In this document: positions 53,187 through 64,000 of the stretch, piece after piece | How positions within the stretch are numbered: position 1 is the stretch's first letter | How the letters are laid out: each line of letters begins with the position of its first letter | Assembly (NCBI GenBank): GCA_965112735.1 | Contig: OZ218950.1 | Coordinates: 3,658,001 to 3,722,000, forward strand | Source of the DNA: Phaeosaccion multiseriatum | Taxonomy: Eukaryota > Protista > Ochrophyta, other classes | Length of the DNA: 64,000 bases | Direction: 5' to 3' | Notes under the pieces: generated by a model | Databases searched by the model: none | Told to the model about the DNA's origin: nothing | What the model saw: the letters and a program-made list of their open reading frames with translations, nothing else | Translations under genes and position numbers: made by a program

Positions 53187-55153
53187 AGCCGCGTTGAGAT
53201 TTTCAGAGTATCTGAAAATAACTTGAAATAATACACTGCTTCGACCCCTTCCCCACTTGATGTGTACGGCACTGCTGATAGCACTGTTCAGTCTAAGAGA
53301 GATGACTCATCTCCGAGACACCCTAAAAGGCGATGATGATGTCCTTTTCCTTACGCTCGCCTCAATGTCCTGTATGCCCTTGCCCTTGTCCCCTTTGCCT
53401 CCTGCACGGCCAAGGGCAGTGACGACCCTTCCCGGCCAGCTCTCAGTAGCCACCTAGTGGCCGTCCAACCGCTCACTTAAGTTCGGCCTTGTCACTGACC
53501 CGACAACCTTCTGTCCCGAATTAGACCGAAATAGACCTCGCTCCTCGATGTGTTGCCCATACACATACACGATTGGCCGTAGTGCAGTGATGTTACCAAA
53601 GATCTTGTTGTACTCCCCTCACCTACCCCTACCTGCGACGCGTAACCAGAACTGCTCACCCTTATGTAAGACCCGCGTGGCCCCTACATAAGGAACAGGA
53701 GTTTCAGTTCGTTAGGCCTCGTCCACACGCTGCAGGGCCAGCCATAGAGGTTGCACAGGAGGCAACGGTGCCGGCGTTCGATGCATGCGCATGTTCAAAG
53801 TAGTTTGGGGTGGAGTGAGGAATGCGGCCTGAGAGCGAGGGTGCCCCCCGGGGATCTCCGGCCGGCCCCGCCCACGAAAAATCTCTTCTTCCTCGCTCTC
53901 GTCCGCCTCCTTCTTCTTCTTCTCCTCCTCCTCCTCCTCCTCCCTCCTCCCTCCTCTTGCTCCTTGAGAAGGGGAGAGGGACTTGAGCCTAGCGGAGGAG
54001 CGGCGTTGCTGTCGTCATATGAAGGAGAGAGATTAGAAGCATATGGGGAGGTTGTCCATCTCTCTCTCTGTCTTCTTCTCTCCCTCCCTGCTATACCCTC
54101 CCTACCTCCTTCCCTCTCTCCCCCCTGTAGCCAACCCTGCTATCGCTAGCAAGTCAGAAAGTGAGTTAAGAGAGAGGGGAAAGGGCGAAAAGTTTGGAGG
54201 CCTTGCCTCAGCTCCAGTAAAGAGCCGAGTCTCCTTTAGCTTTAGGGTAAAGAAGCTGAGAGGAAGAGAGCGCCACAGACTACAACTCCCGGTGGGCTGT
54301 GTGCCACCTCATCGTACCACGTCAAACAGCCTATATGACTGCATGGTGACCGTTACACGCACTAAGGCAATGAATGCGGCTGTAGGGCAACACCCCCCCC
54401 CTTCCTTCCTTCCTTCCTTCCTTCCTTCCTTCCTTCCTTCCTTCCTTCCTTCCTTCCTTCCTTCCTTCCTTCCTTCCTTCCTTCCTTCCTTCCTTCCTTC
54501 CTTCCTTCCTTCCTTCCTCCCTTTCTCCCTCCCGCAGGTTTGGTTGTCCCCCTGGCTGTCATCATCCTCCTCTGTGAAGCCGTGAAGGGCTGACATTGCG
54601 AGGTGCCCGAAGCACATCTCAGACGCCCCGTTCTTCGTCAGGTGGTGCCGCTGGGGAAGAGGGATGGCAGTGGATGTGGGTGGGGTGGATGTGGGGGGCG
54701 GGATGGTAGTGGATGCGGGTGGGGTGGGTGGCAGCGGGTCGGATGGCAGTGGATGTGAGGGATGGGGGTGTGGGTGGGATGGCAGTGGGTGAGGTGGCAG
54801 TGTGTGAGGTGGAGTGGTCGGGTAGGGTGGCGTGGCAGTGATACCTTACACTGGTCTCGATACCAAAGAATAATCCTGACAACACACCATCCCCACTGAG
54901 ATTTGGACAAGTCCTCCTCTGTGAGGGGAAACTAAACTGCAACTGCAACTGCAACACGGAAACTCAAATACCGAACACCCACCACCTACCACTGGTCCTG
55001 ACACCCACCTCCAACACATCGTCCAAGCTGAGATTGGACAAGTCCTCCACTGCGAAGGGAAATCACGCCCCCTCACGCTCGCTCACGCACGCTCCCACTC
55101 ACTCACTCACTCACTCACTCACCCACCCACTCACTCACTCACTCACTCACTCA

Positions 55154-55321
55154 TGTAAAAGCGACTCAAGCCGCTTAGACAAGTGGTAACACTCGGTATA
55201 TTAGCCGGGATGGAACCAGCAGGGCTCTCCGTAACAAGTTTACCTATTCAGAATCTACGTAATATGGGACTTATGGCCCATCTCATCCCGTGACCTTCCA
55301 ACAATCCGTGAGCTTCCAACA
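55154..55321 (-). repeat. Putative 3' LTR (168 bp, TG...CA) preceded by a polypurine tract
   Basis: Minus strand reads GAAGAGGGGGGA|TGTTGGAAGC...CTTTTACA| then (TGAG)n. No matching 5' LTR was found in the window. Confidence 0.6.
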
Positions 55322-57619
55322 TCCCCCCTCTTCGACCACCACCGCAAGGTCTAGAACCCCAAATGTTGCGATGCCCATCCCCCACTTCTCGTGCAACATG
55401 GCGCGCACGGTGCGCTCTCGCTTAGACCGCTGCCCACGCTTGCGCTGCACTCCCGGGTCCAACGCCCCTGGGGCCAAAGAGTCCTCAAAGGCCCCTCTCT
55501 CCGCGCCGCAAGAGCCAATCGTCCCACTCCCACGCCTGATAGCTGCCGCCCTCCCGTACAGCTGCTGCCCTGTGGCCTTACGCCACCTCATCTTCACTAT
55601 CCGCGCCAGCTCCGGCTCCCGCCCTACCCCGACCTTCTCCTGCAGTGCACTAGTACCCCAGTGGGCTGAGCAGTAACGGATGTGGTATCGAGCGAACGAA
55701 GAACCCGTCACCCGTCACCCCATCAACGAACGGCTTGGTGAGGTCCCGATGGTACGCCCCTTGCTTCAACTCCACTCCCCCGCCTCTGACCCTCGGCACA
55801 TCCAGAGTAGTGCTCATCGTTGAGAACCCCACCATGCATGTCGCGCCTGAAAGGCCTGCTGTGTGGGCCAAGCCAGCCAGGACTTCGAACGGTCCGTCCC
55901 AAGCATGACTCAGCGCCTTGAGAGTCAGTGCCTTCTGCTCCTCCATGGCCTCACCCTCCTTTCTTGAGCTGGAGTCTGCTGCGGTGCTCCTCGCGCCTGG
56001 CTGCCCGTCACCACCTGCGCCGCTGCTGCCATCAAACGATCCATCGCTTGAAGCGGAATCGGGGGGTGGCGACCAAAGAGAGTATAGTACGGGGAGATGC
56101 CTGTGGTCTTGTGAGCCCTGCTGCAGTTGTACGCGTACGTGAGCGCGGGAACATACTCAGGGGGGCCTCCACCGTCGTCGCCAGCATGTCCTTCATCGTT
56201 GCCATGAAGCGCTCCACTTGCCCATTGGCTTGCTGATGCATCGGCGTAGTGAAGACTTGTGTGATGTCTGGAGTGCTCGTGAATTGCGACCCTTGGTCAC
56301 TGACCAGCACCTTGGGCGCCCCCAGCACCGTCACTACATGCCGCACGAATGCCCGAGCAATGCCCTCCGCCGTGTAGTCCTTGGCGCACAATGGCACCAC
56401 CACCGTCCATTTGGTGAACCAGTCTTGAAACACCAAAATGTACTCCTCCCCCCCCATGGCCATGGGGAGTGGTCCTAACCGCCCAGGGCCCATTCACAGC
56501 CTCCGATGATATATATGGACGAGAGCGGCACCTGCGGAGGGCGCCTCCGTGGTGTCTTGCGTGTCTGGCACGCAAGACACGAACGGGCCCAGTACAACGC
56601 GTGCCCGTTCATGTAGGGCCACCATCCGCCCGGGCCCGTGGTGCCCGCCTGAGACCGCGTCGCCGTGAGTGGCATGCAATAGGGCAGGCCTGAGCGCCTT
56701 GGGGACACAGAGCTGCAGCCACCGTCGCCCCCCGGGGGCCCACTTGCGACGAAGGACTCCATCGCCATCGAGAGAGAACCCCCCCCCGCCCGCATCGAAC
56801 ACCCCCTCGCCCGGGGAGGCTGTCAAGACCTTCTGACGCCACCCCTCCAACTCCACGCTGGCTCATGAGTACGAGCCCCATGCAGTATGCGGGCTGCGCA
56901 CGACTGCGCACCCACTGCCGGGGGAACACCAGGGAGGGACCAACCAAATTGCCGTGTAGCAGCCTGCCGTGCGGACTCCACGTCTGCCAGCGTTGCAGCC
57001 GCATGGGCCTCGGGGTCCGCCGCTGGAGACTCTCCATCCTCTCGCCCGCCAACTGTGAATCCGCCACCGCCTCCTCCTCCTCCTCCTCCTCCTCCGCCTC
57101 CGCCTCCTCCTCCTCCTCCGCCGCCTCCTCCTCCGCCGCCTCCTCCTCCTCCGCCTCCTCCTGCGCCAACTCCTCCTCCTCCTGCGCCAACTCCTCCTCC
57201 ACCGCCGCCTGCTGCGGCTGCTGCTGTGGCCGAGAGCGTCGCAGCCACATCCGCTGCCTCGACGGCGGCAGGCATGTCCCACGCCACACCTTGGGTTTGC
57301 CACTGCTGCTGGGCCTCGGTGGGGGTATCCGCGGCGATGGCACTCCTCTACGGCGCCGCGCCGCGGCCGGCCGATAGCCCGCCCGGAACTGCTCCGTCCA
57401 GGTCCATTGGGGGTGTCGGTAAGAAAGAAGGATCAGATCAATCATCTCCACTGACGTAGCTGTTGCTGAGAAATCAAGAGTGGGCTGGCGTGCTCCCCGA
57501 TCGGCCCAATACCCCACCCCGGCAGAGACGAAATGCCCCGCTTGAAATTACATCTCCGCACGCGTCACACCCTGCGCTCACTTCCACCGCCGATGGCACC
57601 GGAACTGCACATGCCCTCA

Positions 57620-58130
57620 TCTTCGGAAGCAACTGTAGTAGTGCTGCCACGTCGTCGAAAGCATAGCTGAGCTGCGCCGCAGTGAGCTCTCGCTGAGTCC
57701 AGTCAGTCTTCTGCTCGTCCTTGCTCATAAAACGCTGCAGGAACATACTAACCAGGTCCGCTAAGCCAATGGGGCGGCAGTGCTCTGGCCACACCTCCTT
57801 GAAGAGATGCGTCGTGTCGACCAAGTTGACAATGGCCCACACATGTGGAGCCAAAGCAGGCCACTTCCCGAGTGCACGCTGGTCGTGGCTCCAGTGGTGC
57901 GCCAGCTTCATGATCGCCCACTCAGCACCGCCGCCAGAGCCTCCATACCTCCACTACCACTCAGTCTCTCCAAATCCACCCAGAACCCACAATCACCTCC
58001 GAGTTGGCGACGCCGTCGCCGGACGGGGAGGGACGCGTATAGCCCACTCCGAGTCCATGGCCACCACCGTCGCCTCCCGCAGTGCCGCCCGCATGGCCCA
58101 CACCTGCTCCTCCGTGCGTATGTACGTGCA
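57620..58130 (-). pseudogene. DEDDy 3'-5' exonuclease domain (RNase D/WRN/MUT-7-like) inside the Gypsy pol region
   Basis: ExoI VVAMDSEW (~58045-58068), ExoII KLAHHWSHDQRAL, VDT...GLADLV, and ExoIII QKTDWTQRELTAAQLSYAFDDV. Confidence 0.85.
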
Positions 58131-60329
58131 CCGAGCTGCTGGCACGTGGCTGAGAAACGGCGGCAGCTGAGCCCACCCGAGCTGACCCTAAGCCTACTGG
58201 CGCCTCGACCACCACACACTGTCCACGCACAGCGCCTCCAACCCTGCCGACGCCTGCTGTCTCGCCGTGACAGGCGAGAGTCGCCGCCACAGCCTCCCCT
58301 TGTAACTGCTGGACAGCGACAGCAACCCGCAGAACAGCACCTTCCCCCTTGTCCTCACCCACCACGTCCACCAACGCCACCTCCACCCCCACAGCATCAC
58401 ACCACGCAGTCACTGGCAAGGGGTCGCGTGACAAGCAGTCAGGCACGACAAGCTCCCGCCCTGGCTTGTGGACAAACTTGAGATGATGAGCAGAGAGCCG
58501 TTCATACCACCGGAAAAGCTTGGAGTTGGTGTCTTTGTGCGTCGCCAGCCACAACAAGGGTTGGTGGTCCGTCACCACCGTGCAGGGGTGGTGGCAAATG
58601 TACATGAACGCTGGAGAGCGTAGCAGGTCCTCGATGAGCCCCTCCCACGCCGCGTCGTGCTTCGGCCCCCATGCTGACCGCACATCCACCCCCTTGCGCA
58701 AGAGCTCATTGAGCGGCCGCACCTTCATGGCAAACTCCGGAATGAATTTGCGCAAGTAGCTGAGCATGCCTACAAAGCGCCTGACCTGTCGCGGTGGGCT
58801 TGGCCAGCGCTCGAACTGCTGCATACTTGGCTGGATCGGCCCGCACCCCCTCACTATCCACCAAATGCCCGCAGAAGCAACCCAACACCACCATCCATCC
58901 TGCCGAGGACTTGGTCTAACTGGCCGATGTGCTGATCCACCGTGGCGGAGAAGACCGCAATGTCGTCCACGAAGCAACGCCTGTAGGCCCTGCAAAACCG
59001 TGTTCATAAGTCGTACGAACGTGGCGGGGGCATTCTTCGCTCCTTGTGGCATGACCCTCCAGGCGCACGTGCCACTGTGACAGACAAAGGTTGTGGCCAT
59101 CGGCACGTTGAAGTAGCCGGACATAATAATGTCCATCACCGAAAGGACCGTAGACCCCTGCATCTCCGCCAGCAAATCATCCACCACTGGCATGGCGGGC
59201 GCCTCCGTGCGGCACGCGTCATTGAGCTGCGACAGGTCACACGTCATCCGCACTATCGGAGTGCCGTCCTCGTGACACTTGGTGTTGCCGTGCTCGTCCG
59301 TCTTCAACACGGCCATGTTATTGAGCCCAATCTCAATACCGCGGCACTCCGAATTGGCGGCTGCTTCGGGTCCAACAACGGAAAACCAAACCGGCCCGAA
59401 TCTGTGCGGCCGTAGTCGCTCCCATCCACGCAGAATGCCGCTACGCGCTGCTTCAACACCACCACCAAGCCCCACCGCTGCGCTTCCGTCCAACCTTCGT
59501 CACCGATGGTCATGGCGTGCATGTGCTGGGGCAGCTGCGCCTGATCGAATTTGGCACGTGCCACTGCTGCTTGAGCCCGCCGCCTCTGCTGCTGCACACC
59601 TTCACCACCTGCCAACCCTCCAACCTCCGTCCGCAGGGCACGACACTGCCACAGTAGCCGCCGAATGGTGAGAAACAACTGCAGTGCAACGCGTTCAGCT
59701 CCGTCTCCACACCTGCCTGCTTCAGCAACGAGTGACTGCTCCACATGGACAAGAGTTGCTCCAACCACTGGGCCACCACCACATCATCGACACCCTCGAG
59801 TCCCCCTTGCGTCTGCTGCACGTGTGGGCGTAAGAGCAGTAAAGCCGTAACTGCACCCACCGCCGCATCCGCTCCTGCCCACTCGCTGCGAGGCGCGGCG
59901 CCCACTCACGCAGGATCAAGCTGTGAGCGGCCTCCCGTGTGCCCGCCTGCCGCCCATCACCCGTGCCACCAAGCGTCAAGGCGCCATGCTCGTCGATGGC
60001 CCAGGTCGGTCCTTGCAGGCTGCCCTCAGTAGCCTCAGCCTGATGCCCCACCGCCATGTCATCCTGCAATGCATGCAGGGTGGCCTGTGGAGACACCGTC
60101 GCCGGCGGCACCACAGTTCCTGCGCTCTCCCCACGCTGACCTGCGGCTGCTGCCTCTTGCTGCACCGTCCCTATCGGCAGCAGCTCCAACGGCTGCGCCT
60201 CCTCTTCTTCCACCGCCGCCGCCGCCTCCGCCTCCGTCTCGCACCGCCTCCACGGCCACCGCTGCCACAGCGACCTCGGCCACGCACAGGTCAGGTGCAA
60301 CGGTGACGACTGCTGCTCCAACTGATGCG

Positions 60330-60633
60330 CCTCCTCCTCCTCCTCCTCCTCCTCCTCCTCCTCCTCCTCCTCCTCCTCCTCCTCCTCCTCCTCCTCCTCC
60401 TCCTCCTCCTCCTCCTCCTCCTCCTCCTCCTCCTCCTCCTCCTCCTCCTCCTCCTCCTCCTCCTCCTCCTCCTCCTCCTCCTCCTCCTCCTCCTCCTCCT
60501 CCTCCTCCTCCTCCTCCTCCTCCTCCTCCTCCTCCTCCTCCTCCTCCTCCTCCTCCTCCTCCTCCTCCTCCTCCTCCTCCTCCTCCTCCTCCTCCTCCTC
60601 CTCCTCCTCCTCCTCCTCCTCCTCCTCCTCCTC
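60330..60633. repeat. (CCT)n trinucleotide tract, ~100 units
   Basis: Visible directly. Confidence 0.97.
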
Positions 60634-61219
60634 CTTCTCTTCCTCCTCCGCCAGCTGCGGCTGCAGCGGCGTCCGCCACAGCCCGTGCGTGTCGCGCCAA
60701 AATGCTAGGACCAGCCGTAAAAGGCCCCTCCACTGAAAGTGAGACATGCCGCCGCGCTAACCGTACACGCCGGCCGATCCCCAGCCGAGCAAGCCTGCAG
60801 GGCATGTGTTTGCCGGAATCCATCGACACGGGCCGCTCTGCCTGCACTACCTGAGCACGGACGTCGCCCAGAGACACGGCCACAACGGCACAGGGCGGAA
60901 AGCATCCTCAGGCCCGTCGACCAGATCGGCGCCCACGGCCTCGCGCCCCCAGCGCTCACGCAGAGCCACAGCCTCGAGCGATGCCTGTCGAGGCGCTCCG
61001 TCGTCGCCTCCTCCTCCTCCACCTTCGCCGCCTCCGCCGCCTCCTCCGCCTCCTCCTTCTACTCCTGCTCCTCCTTCGCCACCTCCTCCGCCTCCTCCTT
61101 CTCCACCACCTCCTCCTCCTCCTCCTCCGCATCCTCCTCCTCCGCATCCTCCTCCTGCGGCTGCGGCGGCAGCTGCTGCACCTCCTCCACCTCCACCGCC
61201 ACCGAGCGTGGTGTGCTCC

Positions 61220-61309
61220 TGTAAGAAGGCATCCTTTGCTAGGCTGACAGCTACCCCCATGAATATTCAGTGGATAGCTGTCAGCCTAGCAAAAGGATGC
61301 CTTCTTACA
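61220..61309. mobile_element. 90-bp hairpin element, family A, second full copy
   Basis: Same TGTAAGAAGG...CCTTCTTACA element with the loop in the opposite orientation to 39526-39616. The TSD is imperfect (CTCC/CTCA). Confidence 0.9.
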
Positions 61310-61571
61310 CTCACTCACTCACTCACTCACTCACTCACTCACTCACTCACTCACTCACTCACTCACTCACTCACTCACTCACTCACTCACTCACTCACTC
61401 ACTCACTCACTCACTCACTCACTCACTCACTCACTCACTCACACACTCACTCACTCACTCACTCACTCACTCACTCACTCACTCACTCACTCACTCACTC
61501 ACTCACTCACTCACTCACTCACTCACTCACTCACTCACTCACTCACTCACTCACTCACTCACTCACTCACT
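61309..61571. repeat. (ACTC)n tetranucleotide tract
   Basis: Visible directly. Shorter tracts occur at ~55095-55153 and ~61978-62050. Confidence 0.97.
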
Positions 61572-62423
61572 CCCTACTTCGGGGCCCCATGCCTGCCAAT
61601 GAAGCAGCGACCACACGGAGCCGCGCCCAGCAAGAAGCACGTGTACGGCACTGTGGTGGAGTTAGGAAGGGCCCAGTTACGTAAGCATTATGTAGGTAGT
61701 TGTGTAAGAGTATCATAGAGTGGGGCGACACATCTGGGGGGCCGGCTGGCCCCTTCCTCACTCCTGACCCCGTAGCTAAAGATCAATTGGAAAGCTTCCT
61801 AGGTCAGGGGTGGGATAGTCCTCGGCTTTAGTGTATCAGTGTTAGTATCGCCTTGACTCGGTTGTGCTCAGTTTGGGGGTCATGTTCCTACTCTCCAAAC
61901 GATGTTGATCCTCTCTACATTTGACAGTCACTAGGAAAGGAGCGATCAAACTGCCGAGACGAAAGTTCGCTCGACATCTCACTCACTCACTCACTCACTC
62001 ACTCACTCACTCACTCACTCACTCACCCACTCACTCACTCACTCACTCACCCACTCGCTCGCCCCCTGACTCGCTCACTACTTCGGGGCCCCATGTCAAT
62101 AAGCATGTGTGCGGCACTGGCTGCTCATGGCACTTTGAGTCGTACACTCACACACAGGATAACCAAGAGATAGGGGATCGCACGTGCTTCGATGTTGTTG
62201 TGTTGAATTATACACCACCTGCGACTGATCACGAATGTAACGGGCGTCCCCCAAATGCCGACGATAGTCCGGATTCCAACGTGTCCACCCCCTTTGAGAC
62301 TCCACAATGGAGCGATGGAGTGCCATGGTGTACACTATGCATGGTACAGCATCCGGATCTAACTGCGCCGAGACGAAAGTTCGCTCGATAGAACCTCACG
62401 CCCTCACGCCCTCGCTCACTCAC

Positions 62424-64000
62424 TGTGCTGAATCGCAAGAATACTCAAGGCGTTTAGAGAATGCACTACCAGAGCTGGTAGGTGTCCTGTTGGCCTCATG
62501 GCAATCTGTGTCGAAACTACCGACAGCTAGCCTCAAAGCCAAGCTAGAGCAAAGCAGAAGCTAAAGCAAGCATCCGGAAGCCAGTCCACACGGCTACTGA
62601 TTTACCGTCTCGTTGGCCCATTTTCCGGCCGTTACACTACTGATTGGGTCCCCAAGAGACCCCAACTAGGCCACTTCTAACATCCCTCTCACTACACCCC
62701 CGCCTCTTCCGCCGAGATGCGAGCGATAGAATTGCGTCTCGTGCGCCAGCCCGCTGCCCCACTTCTCATGTTGCCGCAGGCGGATCGTGCTTTCCCGTTT
62801 AGACCTATGCCCTCTTTTGACATGCACTCCTGGGTCGAGGGCAGTGTGCGGAAGAGCGTTTTCAAACGCCTCCATGGCCTTGGCGTGTCCCCGCTCCAGC
62901 AACCACTCCGCCCATCACCGCCCACCGCACGTTATAGTACTCTCGCGGAATTTCACAATCCTCGCCAGCGTGGGCACTTTCCCTTCACTCACCTCGTCCA
63001 GCTCTAAGCTACGCTGCTCCTGCATTGCGCTGGCAGCCCACTGCGGAGAGCACCAACGAATATAATACCTGGCGAACCCTTCCGGGAGGCCGGAAGGCCG
63101 CTCGCTCACCCCATCGATGTCTCTGTGGTACGCCCGTTGCAGCTGGTCCACACCGTTTCATTAGACAGATACACTGCGCTGCGCTGCATGACCTGATATG
63201 ATAGTGCTCTTCACTCACCTGCCCGTGCTGAGCACAGTAGGCCCCCAGTGATGGCCAAGGCAAGACTGTATACGAGACGACGGAGGCCCTTCGAGTTCTT
63301 CCCCTTCTTGCCTGGGCGGCGGCACCAGGGCGATACAACATGGTTGTAGGGGCGTCGGCCAACGGCGTGAGGCATTCTTCAGCTGCAACCTCCCATGGTA
63401 GTCGTAGTGTCTCCCATTGAACACCGCCGCAGCCGCAGCCAGACGTGCCCGCAGCTCATGGACCCATGCCGAGGCGGACGAAAACGACCCGTCCTCCACC
63501 ACAGCCGGAAGCATCGCCTGCAGAGGCACCGGCGGATGCCGGTCGAACAAGGCGTAGAACGGCGCCATCCCCGTGCTCTCCTGCGATCGACAGTTGTACG
63601 CATAGGTGTAATCTGGCCACTGCTGCATCTGTGACTCCACGGTCGTCGCCAACATGTCCTTGATCGCGGCCATGAAGCGCTCCACCTGACCATTGGCCTG
63701 TTGATGCATCGGCATCGTGAACACTTGCGACGCCGACTGGACCCGCATCACGTCGCCCATGAGCGCGCTGGTGAACTGCGAGCCTTGATCGCTCACCAGC
63801 ACTCGGGGCACACCCAGGGTGGTGACGAGGGCACCACCACTGTCCACTTCGTGAACCAATCCTGAAACACCAAGAGGTACTCCTCACTGTAAAACGGCCC
63901 ATGCCCATGGGAAAGGGGCCGGCCACATCAGCGCCCATGACCGCCCAAGGCCCAGGCCTTGGCAGCCCGCGAGGAGTCTTGCGTGTCTGACACGCCAGAC
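62424..64000 (-). mobile_element. 3' end of a second, related Gypsy-type element (integrase core, C-terminal domain, putative 3' LTR ~62424-62690); runs off the window
   Basis: VLVSDQGSQFTS...HQQANGQVERFMAAIKDML...YAYN. The C-terminal RYYIRWCS...LARIVK...HEKWG is homologous to 55370-55700. A purine tract is followed by a TG...CA segment ending at a TCAC repeat. Confidence 0.85.

Larger units (their letters stand above)
55154..60950 (-). mobile_element. Degenerate Ty3/Gypsy-type LTR retrotransposon (RT - partial RNase H - DEDDy exonuclease - integrase - 3' LTR); 5' boundary uncertain
   Basis: RT: RMTCDLSQLN, MPQGAKNAPATFVRLM, FVDD (shifted frame). RNase H tail: VVTDHQPL...KLFRW...HKPG...PDCLSR. 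Integrase: H..GH...CLACQ, QDWFTKW, SDQGSQFTS, NGQVER and WDGPF. The RT-RH-IN order is Gypsy-type. Confidence 0.9.

Noticed and set aside
53230-53640. Possible decayed LINE RT fragment on the minus strand (LRPI...KVV)
   Set aside because: Too degenerate; no diagnostic QG or YADD motif was recovered.
57420-57600. PHD/zinc finger after the exonuclease (CDACG...C)
   Set aside because: Only part of a Cys pattern is present before stops; insufficient evidence.
59722-61684. Long poly-E/G/P/L and THSL ORFs
   Set aside because: These are translations of (CCT)n and (ACTC)n tracts. At most they are an expanded linker in the decayed retroelement.

Overview
GC-rich, intron-rich eukaryotic nuclear DNA with microsatellite-filled GT-AG introns, probably from a stramenopile/ochrophyte alga (inferred from gene style). 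The left ~29 kb is gene-dense. It holds an unknown coiled-coil gene, an intronless LRR + 2OG-Fe(II) oxygenase fusion, CDC48/p97, and MCCC2 head-to-head with a kinase-EF-hand-cNMP protein. It also holds an RNase PH exosome subunit (MTR3/EXOSC6-like) head-to-head with a multi-EF-hand gene carrying an intronic MITE, and a secreted Cys-repeat protein. The right ~35 kb is a repeat-rich mosaic: a broken EML5/6-like WD40 gene, an orphan DNA-PKcs exon, tRNA-Glu(TTC), two degenerate Gypsy-type LTR elements (one with a DEDDy 3'-5' exonuclease inside pol), ~90-bp TGT...ACA hairpin elements with 4-bp TSDs, and several fold-back palindromes. The main finding is a 10-exon, ~1,560-codon gene at 38737-46894 that fuses a USP (C19) deubiquitinase, SUMO-interacting-like motifs and a Cys/His region to a C-terminal double-motif LAGLIDADG endonuclease-like domain. 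Its second motif is split by an intron and so is invisible in the ORF track. Two more intron-retaining partial copies lie in the window, suggesting a multicopy nuclear selfish element. All calls are by eye; no searches were run.
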